Counted from the first letter of the stretch, positions 8,310-17,365 are shown. The stretch is DNA of 36,722 nt from an uncultured Gammaproteobacteria bacterium (GCA_964559375.1 CAZLGE010000003.1:1-36722), one strand, 5' to 3'. Made by a program: numbers and translations. The notes: generated from the letters alone by a model not told the origin.

Positions 8310-9095
8310 TTAGATGCCAACTTTCTTAATGATAGCTAGGAGGAGCTTATGATCGGCTGGACTGGAGGCGAGGAAATCCTGACCCTTGATGTGCCACTCG
8401 TGGCCGCGGAAATCGGTGACGAGGCCGCCGGCTTCGCGCACCAGGAGCGCGCCGGCGGCCACATCCCAGGGCCAAGTACCGGGGACGAGGATGGAGGCGA
8501 GTCGTCCTGCTGCCACGTAGGCACATTCGATGGCGGCACTACCCAGTTGGCGGCAGTCGAGAGCGTGAAGTTTCTGATAGGTATGATATTTTATCGCCCG
8601 TTTTATATTGGTCCGTCCGCTTCCGTGGCAGAAGGCATTGATCCGGCGCTTTTCGCTGTTAGGGCTGACTCTCAAGCGGCGTCCATTCAGGTAAGCGCCC
8701 TGACCGACTTCGGCAAAATATAGTTCATCAACGAGAGGGGCGTAGATTGCTCCCATGATCAGGCGCCCTTTATGGGCGAGAGCGATAGAGACGGCCCAGA
8801 GAGGATTGTGGATATAAAAATTAGTCGTCCCATCAAGTGGATCGACTATCCAGAGATAGTCATGATTTTTTTGGCTGAGGCCGGATTCTTCGGAAAGGAT
8901 TTGATGATTAGGAAAATTCTTTTTTATTTCCCGAAGAATGATGCGTTCACTTTTTAAATCAGCAGGGGTGACCAAGTCATGCCGGCCCTTCAGTCGCGCT
9001 TCACGCTGGCGGAAGGTTTTGTAGCTACTCAGTAATGATCGTCCGGCTAAGTCGACGGTTCTGAGCAGGATTTTTTTGAATTTAGCGTTTTCCAT
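8310..9095 (-). CDS. Inositol monophosphatase family protein (SuhB/CysQ-like)
   Basis: 261 aa with motifs WIVDPLDGTTNF and WPWDVAAGALLVREAGG. Confidence 0.85.
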   Translation of the reverse strand: MENAKFKKILLRTVDLAGRSLLSSYKTFRQREARLKGRHDLVTPADLKSERIILREIKKNFPNHQILSEESGLSQKNHDYLWIVDPLDGTTNFYIHNPLWAVSIALAHKGRLIMGAIYAPLVDELYFAEVGQGAYLNGRRLRVSPNSEKRRINAFCHGSGRTNIKRAIKYHTYQKLHALDCRQLGSAAIECAYVAAGRLASILVPGTWPWDVAAGALLVREAGGLVTDFRGHEWHIKGQDFLASSPADHKLLLAIIKKVGI

Positions 9096-9114
9096 ATATT
9101 TATAGTTCGCTTTT

Positions 9115-9612
9115 TTATAATTCCGCCAATATTTTAAGTTCTAATTTTCCCGACTCGGTATCTAGTGCGGCAAAAGTTGCCTGATGGAAAGTGCCGGACA
9201 GGTTGCCAGGATTGGCGACGATCATTGGCCCTCTTTTATCCAGCCAAGGCTGGTGCGTGTGGCCATAGAAGATAAAATCTGGTGTCTGACTAGAAAGAGT
9301 TAGGACCTTTTTGATATTTACCGGTTCATGGCAGAAACCGATTGGGCATCCGTCCAGTTCCTGGTAGCCAGCCCGGCCGTGATAACTGATGTTCCGATAG
9401 GAATTAAGGCGGTCAGGTTCAAAAAGTTCGCCGTTACCACTGACCATAAAAATCTCGCCGCTAAATTCTCGGGCGAGATAAGACAAAGTCTCTTCGGTTG
9501 TGGTATCGCCGCAAAAGATGATCTTTTTTACCTTATTATGACGACACCAATCCAGGCATTTCGCCAGGTTCGGGATGTTGTCGTGGATGTCAGAGATGAC
9601 GGCGATCAGCAT
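9115..9612 (-). CDS. YfcE/MJ0936-family metallophosphoesterase
   Basis: 165 aa. Calcineurin-like motifs are in the canonical order: ISDIHDN, CGD, GNGE, GHTH. Confidence 0.8.
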   Translation of the reverse strand: MLIAVISDIHDNIPNLAKCLDWCRHNKVKKIIFCGDTTTEETLSYLAREFSGEIFMVSGNGELFEPDRLNSYRNISYHGRAGYQELDGCPIGFCHEPVNIKKVLTLSSQTPDFIFYGHTHQPWLDKRGPMIVANPGNLSGTFHQATFAALDTESGKLELKILAEL

Positions 9613-9636
9613 AATATTGAATACGCCGTTTACTAC

Positions 9637-10212
9637 TTACTTCTTGCCACGGAGCTTGATTTCATAAGCCATCTGTTCGAGTTTGCGCAGGTGCCCGCGG
9701 GCCTGGTCGTATTTGGTGCGCAGATAACCGGTCAGGTCGAAATCAACGAGCTGGGACATGATCTCTTCGGCCAGTTTTTTGATTTTAGCCACTTCGCTGA
9801 AGCGGCCGTCTGCCGCCCGGTTGGTGGCATAGCGTACGAGTTCGCCGATCAAGTCGCAGATGCCGCCTAGGTAACTCTCATAATCCAGGGCCAACCCGGC
9901 CACCGGAGAAACCTGCTTATCTTTTATGACATCATAAAAAGTACGGCTCTCCAGATATTCCTCTGCCGCCGCCCGGTAGCTGCCTTCGCGACGTAGACGG
10001 TCTGCTCCGAAGCGCGCTTCTAATTCGCTGAGTGCTTTTTCCACGTCCTTCAGCTTGGCCGCCGCCGTTTTTATGTCGTCCCGCTGCAGGGCAAAGATAG
10101 TTTTCTTGGCTTCGAACAAAATGTTGTTGGCCGCGGAGTTTATTTGCCGACGCTCAGATTCATTAGCTTGGTAATCGGTCTTGAGACGGTCTAATAGTTT
10201 CTTATCTATCAT
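9637..10212 (-). CDS. Translin-family (TRAX/C3PO-like) protein
   Basis: 191 aa and all-helical. YLGGICDLIGELVRYA and the C-terminal LRTKYDQARGHLRKLEQMAYEIKLRG line up with eukaryotic translin/TRAX (YL.G..DLTGEL.R ... LRK.YD......KKVE...Y....RG). AEEYLES matches the TRAX QEYVEA helix. Confidence 0.7.
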   Translation of the reverse strand: MIDKKLLDRLKTDYQANESERRQINSAANNILFEAKKTIFALQRDDIKTAAAKLKDVEKALSELEARFGADRLRREGSYRAAAEEYLESRTFYDVIKDKQVSPVAGLALDYESYLGGICDLIGELVRYATNRAADGRFSEVAKIKKLAEEIMSQLVDFDLTGYLRTKYDQARGHLRKLEQMAYEIKLRGKK

Positions 10213-10247
10213 AGGTAGAGATTAGTTTATTCAAATTAGGCCGATCT

Positions 10248-13200
10248 TTAAATGACGCGGAAAACCTCTTCCAAACTGGTCTCGCCGGCGAGAGCCTTGA
10301 GGACGCCATCCTGGAGCATGGTTATCGTGCCGCCGGCTACTGCTGCTTCCTCTATTTCCGTGTCGGTCACATTATCAGTCTGGATCAGTTTCTGGATGCG
10401 GCTGTCCATGGGAATAGTCTCGTACAGACCGAGTCGTCCTTTATAACCGATCTGTCCGCATTTATCGCAGCCGACAGCCTCGTAGAAATTTAACTTCGTG
10501 GGGACGGTAACAGCCGGATTCTTGATGGCCACCAGGACAGCCTTGACTCGGTCTAGATCGGCAGGAGCCGGCTGGGCAGCCTTCTTACAATAAGGGCAGA
10601 GCTTGCGGACCAAGCGCTGACCGATTGTGAAATCGATGGCGTTGGCCAGGGTCTGCCGGTCGAGGCCTAGTCCGGCGATGCGGGAGATGGCGCCGGCGGC
10701 ACTGTTGGCATGGATGGTAGACAGAACAAGATGGCCGGTCATCGAGGCCTCCATGGCGATTCTCGCTGTTTCGCTGTCGCGGATTTCGCCTATCATCATG
10801 ATATTCGGATTCTGCCGGAGCAGTGAGCGCATGGCGGACGCGAAAGTATAGCCCCGCTCTTCGTCAATCTGGGTCTGCATCACGCCCGGCAGCTGGTATT
10901 CGATCGGATCTTCGACAGTGATTATCTTAACGTCCGGTTTGTTTAATTCATTTAGAATACTATAGAGGGTGGTAGTTTTTCCGGAGCCGGTCGGTCCAGT
11001 AGTGATGATAATTCCGCGGGTTTTCTTCATGGCCAGTTGTAGGGAATCGTAAGCCACGGAAGTGATGCCTAGCTTGGCCATATCGAGGTCGGAAGCGGAA
11101 GTGGTGAGCAGGCGGACGACGATGGTCTCGCCGTATCCTCCGGCGATGATGGATAAGCGGCAGTCTATTTTCCGCTCGGGCAGATAGATTGTGAAGCGGC
11201 CATCAAAGGTAGCCCGCTTGATGTTAGTCGGAGCGCCGGCCAGAATTTTAATTTCGGCGAGAAGTGGCAGATAACTGGTTTTGGGCAGGTTGAGGATGTC
11301 CTGGAGGACGCCGTCGATTCGGAAGCGTACTTTAACGTCGCGATCGGTCGGTTCGATGTGGATATCGCCCGCATCCGTGGCGGCGCCCAGCGCCATGACT
11401 AGCCCGATCAGCTCGGCGCTCGGGATTTCTTTGGCGGCGGCGGCGATATCCGTTAGATCGTGTCCCAACTTTTTAGCTTTAGCCAATACTTCCTGGCTGA
11501 TCTTGACGCCCCGTCCGATCGTCTGAGAGATAACCACGTCGTAAAGCTCGTTCACGTAATCAAAATTGCCGATGACGCGGTAGACTTCGTCGAGCGAAGT
11601 GACTCCTTCAAGAACTTTTAGGACGCCGTCCTGGAGCATCGTGATCATGCCGTCTTCAACCGCCTGTTGGAGTATCTTGAAGGACGGCGCTTGATCGACC
11701 GTCAGTTGTTTTATTTTGTCGTTAAGGGTGAATATCTCATAGATTCCGGTCCGTCCCTGATAACCGATGCCGTTACATTTTTCACAGCCAGGTCCGGCGG
11801 TGTAAATCTTTGGCAGGGTAGCCGGGATGTTGAGGCCGGCTTTTGGAGAGATGACTCCTAGTATTTTATTGACTTGTTCGTTTTCGAGCGGACTGAGTTC
11901 ATGTTCAAGGCGGCAGTTGGTGCAGAGCTTACGAACCAGGCGCTGGCCGATTACGGCATTGATCGCAGGCACCAAAAAATAAGGTTTGACGCCGATATCG
12001 ATGAGTCGCGGAATAGTGCCGGCCGAGTCGTTGGTATGGAGAGTCGAGAGAACCAGATGCCCGGTCAAGGAAGATTGGACAGCGATTTCCGCCGTTTCCA
12101 GATCGCGGATTTCACCGATCATAACTATGTTGGGATCTTGGCGCAGGATCGATCGCAGTCCCGAGGAAAATGTATAACCCCGTTTCACATCGACCTGGCT
12201 CTGGTTGATGCCGGCCAACTGATATTCGATAGGATCTTCTAGAGTGATGATTTTTGTTCCCGGGCGATTGAGCTGATTGAGTATTGAATAGAGGGTGGTG
12301 GTTTTACCTGAGCCGGTTGGGCCGACAGTTAAAATGAGGCCGTTTGGCTTGGCAATCTCTCTTTCCAGTATTGGCCTTATTTCTGGCCGGATGCCCAGTT
12401 CAGAGAATTCGACTGCCGCCGCCGCCGAATCAAGCAGGCGCATGACGACGCTTTCGCCGAAGGCGGTAGGCAGAAAAGAACAGCGTACCTCAATTTTTTT
12501 GGCCGTCAAATATATGGTGAATCGCCCGTCCTGCGGTTTGTCGGTGATATTAATTTTAACGCGCGCCAGAATCTTCAGGCGGGCGATGATCCGCTGCCAT
12601 TTGTCCGCTTTGACAGTGGCCGCTTCTTGGAGGACACCGTCGATGCGGATGCGGATCGCCACGCCAGCTTCCTCGGCTTCTATATGGATATCGCTGCCGC
12701 CCACCTTGAGAGCGGTGGCCAGTATCAGGGTAATGATATCGGTTATGTTCACGCGGTTAACTTCTTCGTCCAGACTCTTATAACTGGAGATCGCTTTTTG
12801 GAATTTTTGGAGGTCGGCCTCAGTAATCTCGACTCCGGAATCAATCTTCTTAGTCTTGGAGATAGATTTATAGGCTTCAATCGCGTGGTCGAAACTATTG
12901 GGCGAGATCAGATAGAGCCCCACTTCGGCGAAATATTGCTCTTTCAGACGATCCAGTTCCTCTATTACTTCGTCCGTTGGTTCGACGCAACCCAGGCGGA
13001 TATTAGTTCCATCATAGTAAAAAGGCGCCGCTTGGAGGAGGCGGGCTTGCTGTTCGGGGATGAGGATAAGCGCTTCAGGGCTCAGGGGGAAACGGGCCAG
13101 GTTTACATACTCTAGCCCGAGTGCTGCTGCCGCTTCCTTTGTTTCTCGTTCAATCTCTTTAAGATTGATTTCTTCTTGTTTTTTTGCAAAACGACCGGCG

Positions 13201-13259
13201 ACGCTCTCTTCGTCATCGGTCGGATCGGTCAAATTTTTGATGGAAGCAAAATCACTCAT
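10248..13259 (-). CDS. Tandem (double-module) type II/IV secretion-family ATPase, PilB/GspE-like
   Basis: 1003 aa. Module 1 (aa 1-563) has a GSPII_E_N-like domain, an N2 domain, Walker A GPTGSGKT (12300..12323), VMIGEIRD, GHLVLSTLHTN and CTNC...CEKC. Module 2 (aa 564-1003) has an N2 domain, Walker A GPTGSGKT (10974..10997), MMIGEIRD, GHLVLSTIHAN and CPYC...CDKC. Both modules end ...E(V)(Y/F)RVI. Confidence 0.9.
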   Translation of the reverse strand: MSDFASIKNLTDPTDDEESVAGRFAKKQEEINLKEIERETKEAAAALGLEYVNLARFPLSPEALILIPEQQARLLQAAPFYYDGTNIRLGCVEPTDEVIEELDRLKEQYFAEVGLYLISPNSFDHAIEAYKSISKTKKIDSGVEITEADLQKFQKAISSYKSLDEEVNRVNITDIITLILATALKVGGSDIHIEAEEAGVAIRIRIDGVLQEAATVKADKWQRIIARLKILARVKINITDKPQDGRFTIYLTAKKIEVRCSFLPTAFGESVVMRLLDSAAAAVEFSELGIRPEIRPILEREIAKPNGLILTVGPTGSGKTTTLYSILNQLNRPGTKIITLEDPIEYQLAGINQSQVDVKRGYTFSSGLRSILRQDPNIVMIGEIRDLETAEIAVQSSLTGHLVLSTLHTNDSAGTIPRLIDIGVKPYFLVPAINAVIGQRLVRKLCTNCRLEHELSPLENEQVNKILGVISPKAGLNIPATLPKIYTAGPGCEKCNGIGYQGRTGIYEIFTLNDKIKQLTVDQAPSFKILQQAVEDGMITMLQDGVLKVLEGVTSLDEVYRVIGNFDYVNELYDVVISQTIGRGVKISQEVLAKAKKLGHDLTDIAAAAKEIPSAELIGLVMALGAATDAGDIHIEPTDRDVKVRFRIDGVLQDILNLPKTSYLPLLAEIKILAGAPTNIKRATFDGRFTIYLPERKIDCRLSIIAGGYGETIVVRLLTTSASDLDMAKLGITSVAYDSLQLAMKKTRGIIITTGPTGSGKTTTLYSILNELNKPDVKIITVEDPIEYQLPGVMQTQIDEERGYTFASAMRSLLRQNPNIMMIGEIRDSETARIAMEASMTGHLVLSTIHANSAAGAISRIAGLGLDRQTLANAIDFTIGQRLVRKLCPYCKKAAQPAPADLDRVKAVLVAIKNPAVTVPTKLNFYEAVGCDKCGQIGYKGRLGLYETIPMDSRIQKLIQTDNVTDTEIEEAAVAGGTITMLQDGVLKALAGETSLEEVFRVI

Positions 13260-13287
13260 AGAGATAGGCGGGATTAGGGGCAGGCAC

Positions 13288-14271
13288 CTAGGCCGAGCGG
13301 CGGCCGAAGAGCCGCTCTAATTTGGCTTGTCCGCCTTTTTCAGTCAGGCTCAGGAAGAGATTGGTCCAGGCGGCGACTTGGAAAGTGGTGAGAGCCGAAC
13401 CAAAGATGACGACAACCAGGATCGCTAGGAGTAGGATGAGTATGGCTAGCCAGCTACTGCTGGAGATGAGGGCGAGGACGAAGATCGGCAGGAAGAAAAT
13501 AGCGAGGATGATGAGCAGCACGGCACTCGCCAGAAAGTTTATGATGAACAATATTATGGCTGCTTCTAGGCTGACCAGCCAATTTTTCCGAAATAATTTT
13601 TCTCCGGCCTCGAGAGCGATGAGAGCGGATTTATCATCGAGGACTCTATAGGCAATCGCATATTTGATGATAAGTGATAGGCTGACGGCGACCGGTATGA
13701 AGATGACAAAGAGGACGGTGTAGGCGATGGCCAAGAGATTGGTATCATTCCAGGCCATAAACAAGAGCGGTAGGCTGACAATAAAGAAAGCTAAGGTAAC
13801 CAAGAATTTAATCAGTATATTTAAGCCGAGAAGAGACCAAAAATGGCCGTGGCCGCTTGTTAAACCGTCGCGAATGGTAAGTGATTGATTCTTTTTTCGA
13901 GGGCTAAGTATTTTTTTCACTTCTCCCACGAGGGCGGCCTGCGCGGTGACAGCCAGCCAGAGGAAGAAGATGAGGAGGGCGCCGGTTATGATCATAAGTG
14001 ACAGGCCACTGAGGATAGTCGCGAAGTCATAGCGGAAGAGATCGCCCAGACCGAACAAAAAATCACGACCTAGATCGCCGAGCGCCAAGATGTTATTCAG
14101 GCGGAAATATGAGCCCTCGATGAGCCCCTGGCTCAGACTTTGTGAAAATATCTGGTATTCCCAGGAGCCGCTGCCGGCGACAACGGCGGCGAACAGACCG
14201 AAAAACCACAGATATTTGTGTTGCCAGGTTACGAGCCAGGCCTGTTTGAATAAGATTCTGTAAGAGAACAT
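13288..14271 (-). CDS. Polytopic integral membrane protein, function unknown
   Basis: 327 aa with about 6-7 hydrophobic helices and no motif I can assign. It sits 28 nt upstream of the tandem ATPase gene on the same strand. Confidence 0.7.
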   Translation of the reverse strand: MFSYRILFKQAWLVTWQHKYLWFFGLFAAVVAGSGSWEYQIFSQSLSQGLIEGSYFRLNNILALGDLGRDFLFGLGDLFRYDFATILSGLSLMIITGALLIFFLWLAVTAQAALVGEVKKILSPRKKNQSLTIRDGLTSGHGHFWSLLGLNILIKFLVTLAFFIVSLPLLFMAWNDTNLLAIAYTVLFVIFIPVAVSLSLIIKYAIAYRVLDDKSALIALEAGEKLFRKNWLVSLEAAIILFIINFLASAVLLIILAIFFLPIFVLALISSSSWLAILILLLAILVVVIFGSALTTFQVAAWTNLFLSLTEKGGQAKLERLFGRRSA

Positions 14272-14407
14272 AAGTTTAGAAAGCTAAATTTTTTCGTTTT
14301 AGCTCCTTTTATTATTTATTTAAAGTTAATTGAAAAAATTAGAAAAGTCTGTTAAGATTATAGCATAAACTAGCGATTAATGCCAAATTGAAAGGCAATA
14401 ATAATGT

Positions 14408-15631
14408 ATGGACCAAGTCGTAATCGACAAGAAAAAGATTGCTGAGCTGCTTAGCCGGGGAGTGGAACGCATATTTCCTAGCCGTGAACTACTGGCCAAG
14501 AAATTGGCGAGTGGTGAAAGGCTGCGGCTCTACTGTGGATTTGACCCGACGGCGCCGGCCCTTCATATCGGCAACGCGATCGCCCTTAATAAACTTAGTC
14601 AGTTTCAGGCGCTTGGCCACGAAGTGATATTTCTGATTGGCGATTTTACCGGTCTGATCGGTGACCCGACGGATAAGAAAGCTGTTCGCCGCCAGATGAC
14701 ACGCGAAGAAGTCCTGGCGAACGCCAGAGATTACCAAAAACAGGCCTCAGCCTATTTGAAGTTTGACGGCAATAATCCAGCCCGCGTTTCTTATAACAGC
14801 GCGTGGAATGAAAAATTGAGATTTTCCGACCTGATCAAATTGTCTTCGCACTTCACCGTTCAGCAGATGATCCAGCGCGATATGTTCCAGGCCCGACTCA
14901 AGGAAGAAAAGGCAATTTATCTTCATGAGTTCCTTTATCCCTTGGTTCAGGCTTACGATAGCGTCGCTCTTGATGTCGACCTTGAGGTCGGCGGCAATGA
15001 TCAGATGTTCAATATGATGTGCGGCCGTGATCTCCTAAGTGTCGTTAAGAAGAAAGAAAAGTTTGTTATGACCCTTAAGCTTCTGGCCGACAGTAGTGGG
15101 CAGAAAATGGGTAAGAGCGAGGGGAACGCTGTGTTTCTCGATACGGTGGCCGATGACATGTATGGCCGGATTATGTCTTGGCCCGATGGCGTGATCAGTC
15201 CCGCCTTTGAGCTTTGCACGGCGGTGCCAAGTGAAGATCTTAAGCGCATCGCCACCTCTCTGGCGGCCGGCACTAATCCGCGCGACCTGAAGGCGGAGTT
15301 GGCCTGGGAAATCACGAAGATAAACCACGGGCCGGCGGCCGCTGATCAAGCCCGCGCTCGGTTTATCAGCACGTTCCAAAAAAAGGAAACGCCAGTTGAG
15401 ATGAAGGTTTGGCAGGCTAAGCAAGCGCGGTATTCTCTCGCCGACCTTTTGGTAGCTACCGGTTTGGCTGAGACCAAGAGTGAAGCGCGCCGTTTGGTCG
15501 AGCAAGGCGCTATCAAGATTAAGGAAGGAAGGGATTTTATTGCCGCCACTGATGCCAAACAGGAGCTGAGCGTCAAGACGGAGACCATCATCGCCCGGGG
15601 CAAGCGCCAATTCATCAAGGTAATCCGTTAG
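14408..15631 (+). CDS. tyrS: Tyrosine--tRNA ligase
   Basis: 407 aa. Class I motifs GFDPTAPALHIGN (HIGH) and KMGKS (KMSKS) are present. The C-terminal S4-like domain is SLADLLVATGLAETKSEARRLVEQGAIKI. Confidence 0.92.
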   Translation: MDQVVIDKKKIAELLSRGVERIFPSRELLAKKLASGERLRLYCGFDPTAPALHIGNAIALNKLSQFQALGHEVIFLIGDFTGLIGDPTDKKAVRRQMTREEVLANARDYQKQASAYLKFDGNNPARVSYNSAWNEKLRFSDLIKLSSHFTVQQMIQRDMFQARLKEEKAIYLHEFLYPLVQAYDSVALDVDLEVGGNDQMFNMMCGRDLLSVVKKKEKFVMTLKLLADSSGQKMGKSEGNAVFLDTVADDMYGRIMSWPDGVISPAFELCTAVPSEDLKRIATSLAAGTNPRDLKAELAWEITKINHGPAAADQARARFISTFQKKETPVEMKVWQAKQARYSLADLLVATGLAETKSEARRLVEQGAIKIKEGRDFIAATDAKQELSVKTETIIARGKRQFIKVIR

Positions 15632-15644
15632 TCTTACCGCTGAT

Positions 15645-17339
15645 ATGATATTAGAAGAATTAAAAGCTAAGATTGTCGCTGCCCTAAAACTCTCTAAAGC
15701 CGAGTTTAGCTATCCGCCCCGTCCGGAAATGGGTGATATTAGTCTGGCCTGTTTTGATTTGGCCCAGGAGCGCCAGTTGTCCCCGGCGGCTGTCGCCGCC
15801 GAGCTCGCCGAGCAAGCTCGTGCCGACGAAGGATTGAAGGTGTATTTTAAATCGATCGAGCCAGTCGGCCCTTATCTTAATTTTTCGATCGCTGTTGAGT
15901 GCCTAGCCCGTCAGGTTTTGGACGAGGTTGGCCGTCGCCAAGGAGATTACGGCTCCAATCAGGTGGGTATCGGACGGAAGGTGATGATTGAATACTCAAA
16001 CGGCAATACGCATAAGGAGTACCATGTTGGGCACTTGCGCAATATCGCTTATGGCGACGCCGTCTGCCATCTTTTGGCTGCTAGCGGCTGCGAGGCCATT
16101 CCGGTTTCCTATGTCAATGATTTTGGTATCCACGTGGCTAAGACGATTTGGCAGTGGCAGCGGAACAAAGAATATCGCGATCGAGCCGGTTCCCAAGGCT
16201 ACCTTCTGGGTCAGTGTTATGCCGATGCCAGCCGCGCCCTCGCTGCCGACCCGACCGCCCATGAAGAAGTGGGCCATATAATGAAGCAAATTGAGAGCCG
16301 CATCGGGGAAAGTTATCAGACTTGGAAAGAGACCCGGCTCTGGAGTATCCGTTATTTTGCCGAGATCTATAAGGAGTTGGGCGTTAAGTTCCGGCATATT
16401 TTTTATGAGAACGAAGTAATCGGCGCGGGACTCAAACTGGTAGCGGAATTGACGGAGCGTGGTATCCTAAAAAAAAGTCAGGGAGCGATCATCGCCGATC
16501 TGGAAGAATACGGCCTGGGCGTCCTGCCCGTCGTTCGCTCGGACGGTACCGCTCTGTATGCGGTAGCTGATTTAGCGCTTGCTTCGGAAAAATTTCGTAA
16601 GTACGGCCTAGACGAATCGGTTTATATCGTTGATGTTCGGCAGAGCCTTTATTTTAAACAGCTCTTCAAGATTTTGGAATTGGTTGGTTTCCGCCAGACG
16701 CTCGTTCATCTGACCTATGATTTTGTGACGCTGCCTGAGGGCATGATGGCCTCGCGGACCGGCAATGTGATAAGCTATCAGGAGTTGCGCGATAAGGTCG
16801 TTGCCAAGCTGACCAAGGAGACGGCCATGAGGCACAGCGATTGGTCGTCGGCTCGCATTGCGCGCGTGGTCCATACGTTGGCGGTGGCTTCGATGAAATT
16901 CGAGATGTTAAAAGTCAGTCCGGACAAGACCATAACTTTCAATATTGAAGAAGCGCTCCGTTTTGACGGCTATACGGCCTGTTATCTGGAATACGGCTAC
17001 GCCCGTTTTTCCAGTATCATCCGCAAGCGGGGCTTCCGTCTGTTTAAAGAGACTCTAGACCCAGCCCGTCTCACGGAGGCGAAAGAGAAAGAACTGCTTA
17101 TCAAGATCGCCAAATATCCCAAGACCGTTTGGCTTGCCCGCGAAAATCATAATCCCAGCGAGATCACCAAATATCTGTTCGAACTGGTCCAGTTGGCTAA
17201 TGATTATTATCATGAGATCAATATTCTGAAAGCCGATCCGCCTGTTCGCGCCGCCCGGCTAGCGCTTACGCGATCAATCGTCCAGGTGCTTCGGAACGGA
17301 TTTACTCTTTTAGGCATCAAGCCGTTAGACGAGATGTAA
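15645..17339 (+). CDS. argS: Arginine--tRNA ligase
   Basis: 564 aa. It has an N-terminal Arg_tRNA_synt_N-like domain, the HIGH region SNGNTHKEYHVGHLRN, and a DALR anticodon-binding C-terminus ending in the typical terminal Met. Confidence 0.92.
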   Translation: MILEELKAKIVAALKLSKAEFSYPPRPEMGDISLACFDLAQERQLSPAAVAAELAEQARADEGLKVYFKSIEPVGPYLNFSIAVECLARQVLDEVGRRQGDYGSNQVGIGRKVMIEYSNGNTHKEYHVGHLRNIAYGDAVCHLLAASGCEAIPVSYVNDFGIHVAKTIWQWQRNKEYRDRAGSQGYLLGQCYADASRALAADPTAHEEVGHIMKQIESRIGESYQTWKETRLWSIRYFAEIYKELGVKFRHIFYENEVIGAGLKLVAELTERGILKKSQGAIIADLEEYGLGVLPVVRSDGTALYAVADLALASEKFRKYGLDESVYIVDVRQSLYFKQLFKILELVGFRQTLVHLTYDFVTLPEGMMASRTGNVISYQELRDKVVAKLTKETAMRHSDWSSARIARVVHTLAVASMKFEMLKVSPDKTITFNIEEALRFDGYTACYLEYGYARFSSIIRKRGFRLFKETLDPARLTEAKEKELLIKIAKYPKTVWLARENHNPSEITKYLFELVQLANDYYHEINILKADPPVRAARLALTRSIVQVLRNGFTLLGIKPLDEM

Positions 17340-17365
17340 TAAGCGATATTTATAATATACTACTT

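Noticed and set aside
10248-13259. The idea that the double PilB/GspE ORF is an assembly artefact, meaning a collapsed or duplicated repeat or two genes fused by a sequencing error.
   Set aside because: The two modules are clearly diverged at both protein and synonymous-codon level; for example, the two identical GPTGSGKT peptides use different codons. Only module 1 has the N-terminal domain, and the junction (…DEVYRVI-GNFDYVNELYDV…) is in frame with no stop. This still deserves read-level confirmation.
14272-14407. A T-box or other riboswitch leader upstream of tyrS, and an AT-rich hairpin agctaaa...tttagct at about 14291..14313.
   Set aside because: The 136-nt region must also hold the divergent promoter and is too short for a T-box. 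The hairpin is weak and AT-only, and it sits between divergently transcribed genes where a terminator makes no sense.
15035-15610. Long antisense ORFs inside well-supported genes. Examples are 15035..15610 (-), 29827..30381 (-), 22952..23503 (-), 9328..9870 (+), 12295..12783 (+), 12627..13115 (+), 20169..20675 (-), 17360..17830 (-), 35045..35464 (-), 475..792 (+) and 28778..29251 (-).
   Set aside because: Each lies opposite a gene with unmistakable family motifs. Their products are Arg/Ser/Pro/Leu-rich and low in complexity, with no recognisable motifs, which is typical of the antisense frames of moderately GC-rich coding DNA. None has convincing start-site signals.
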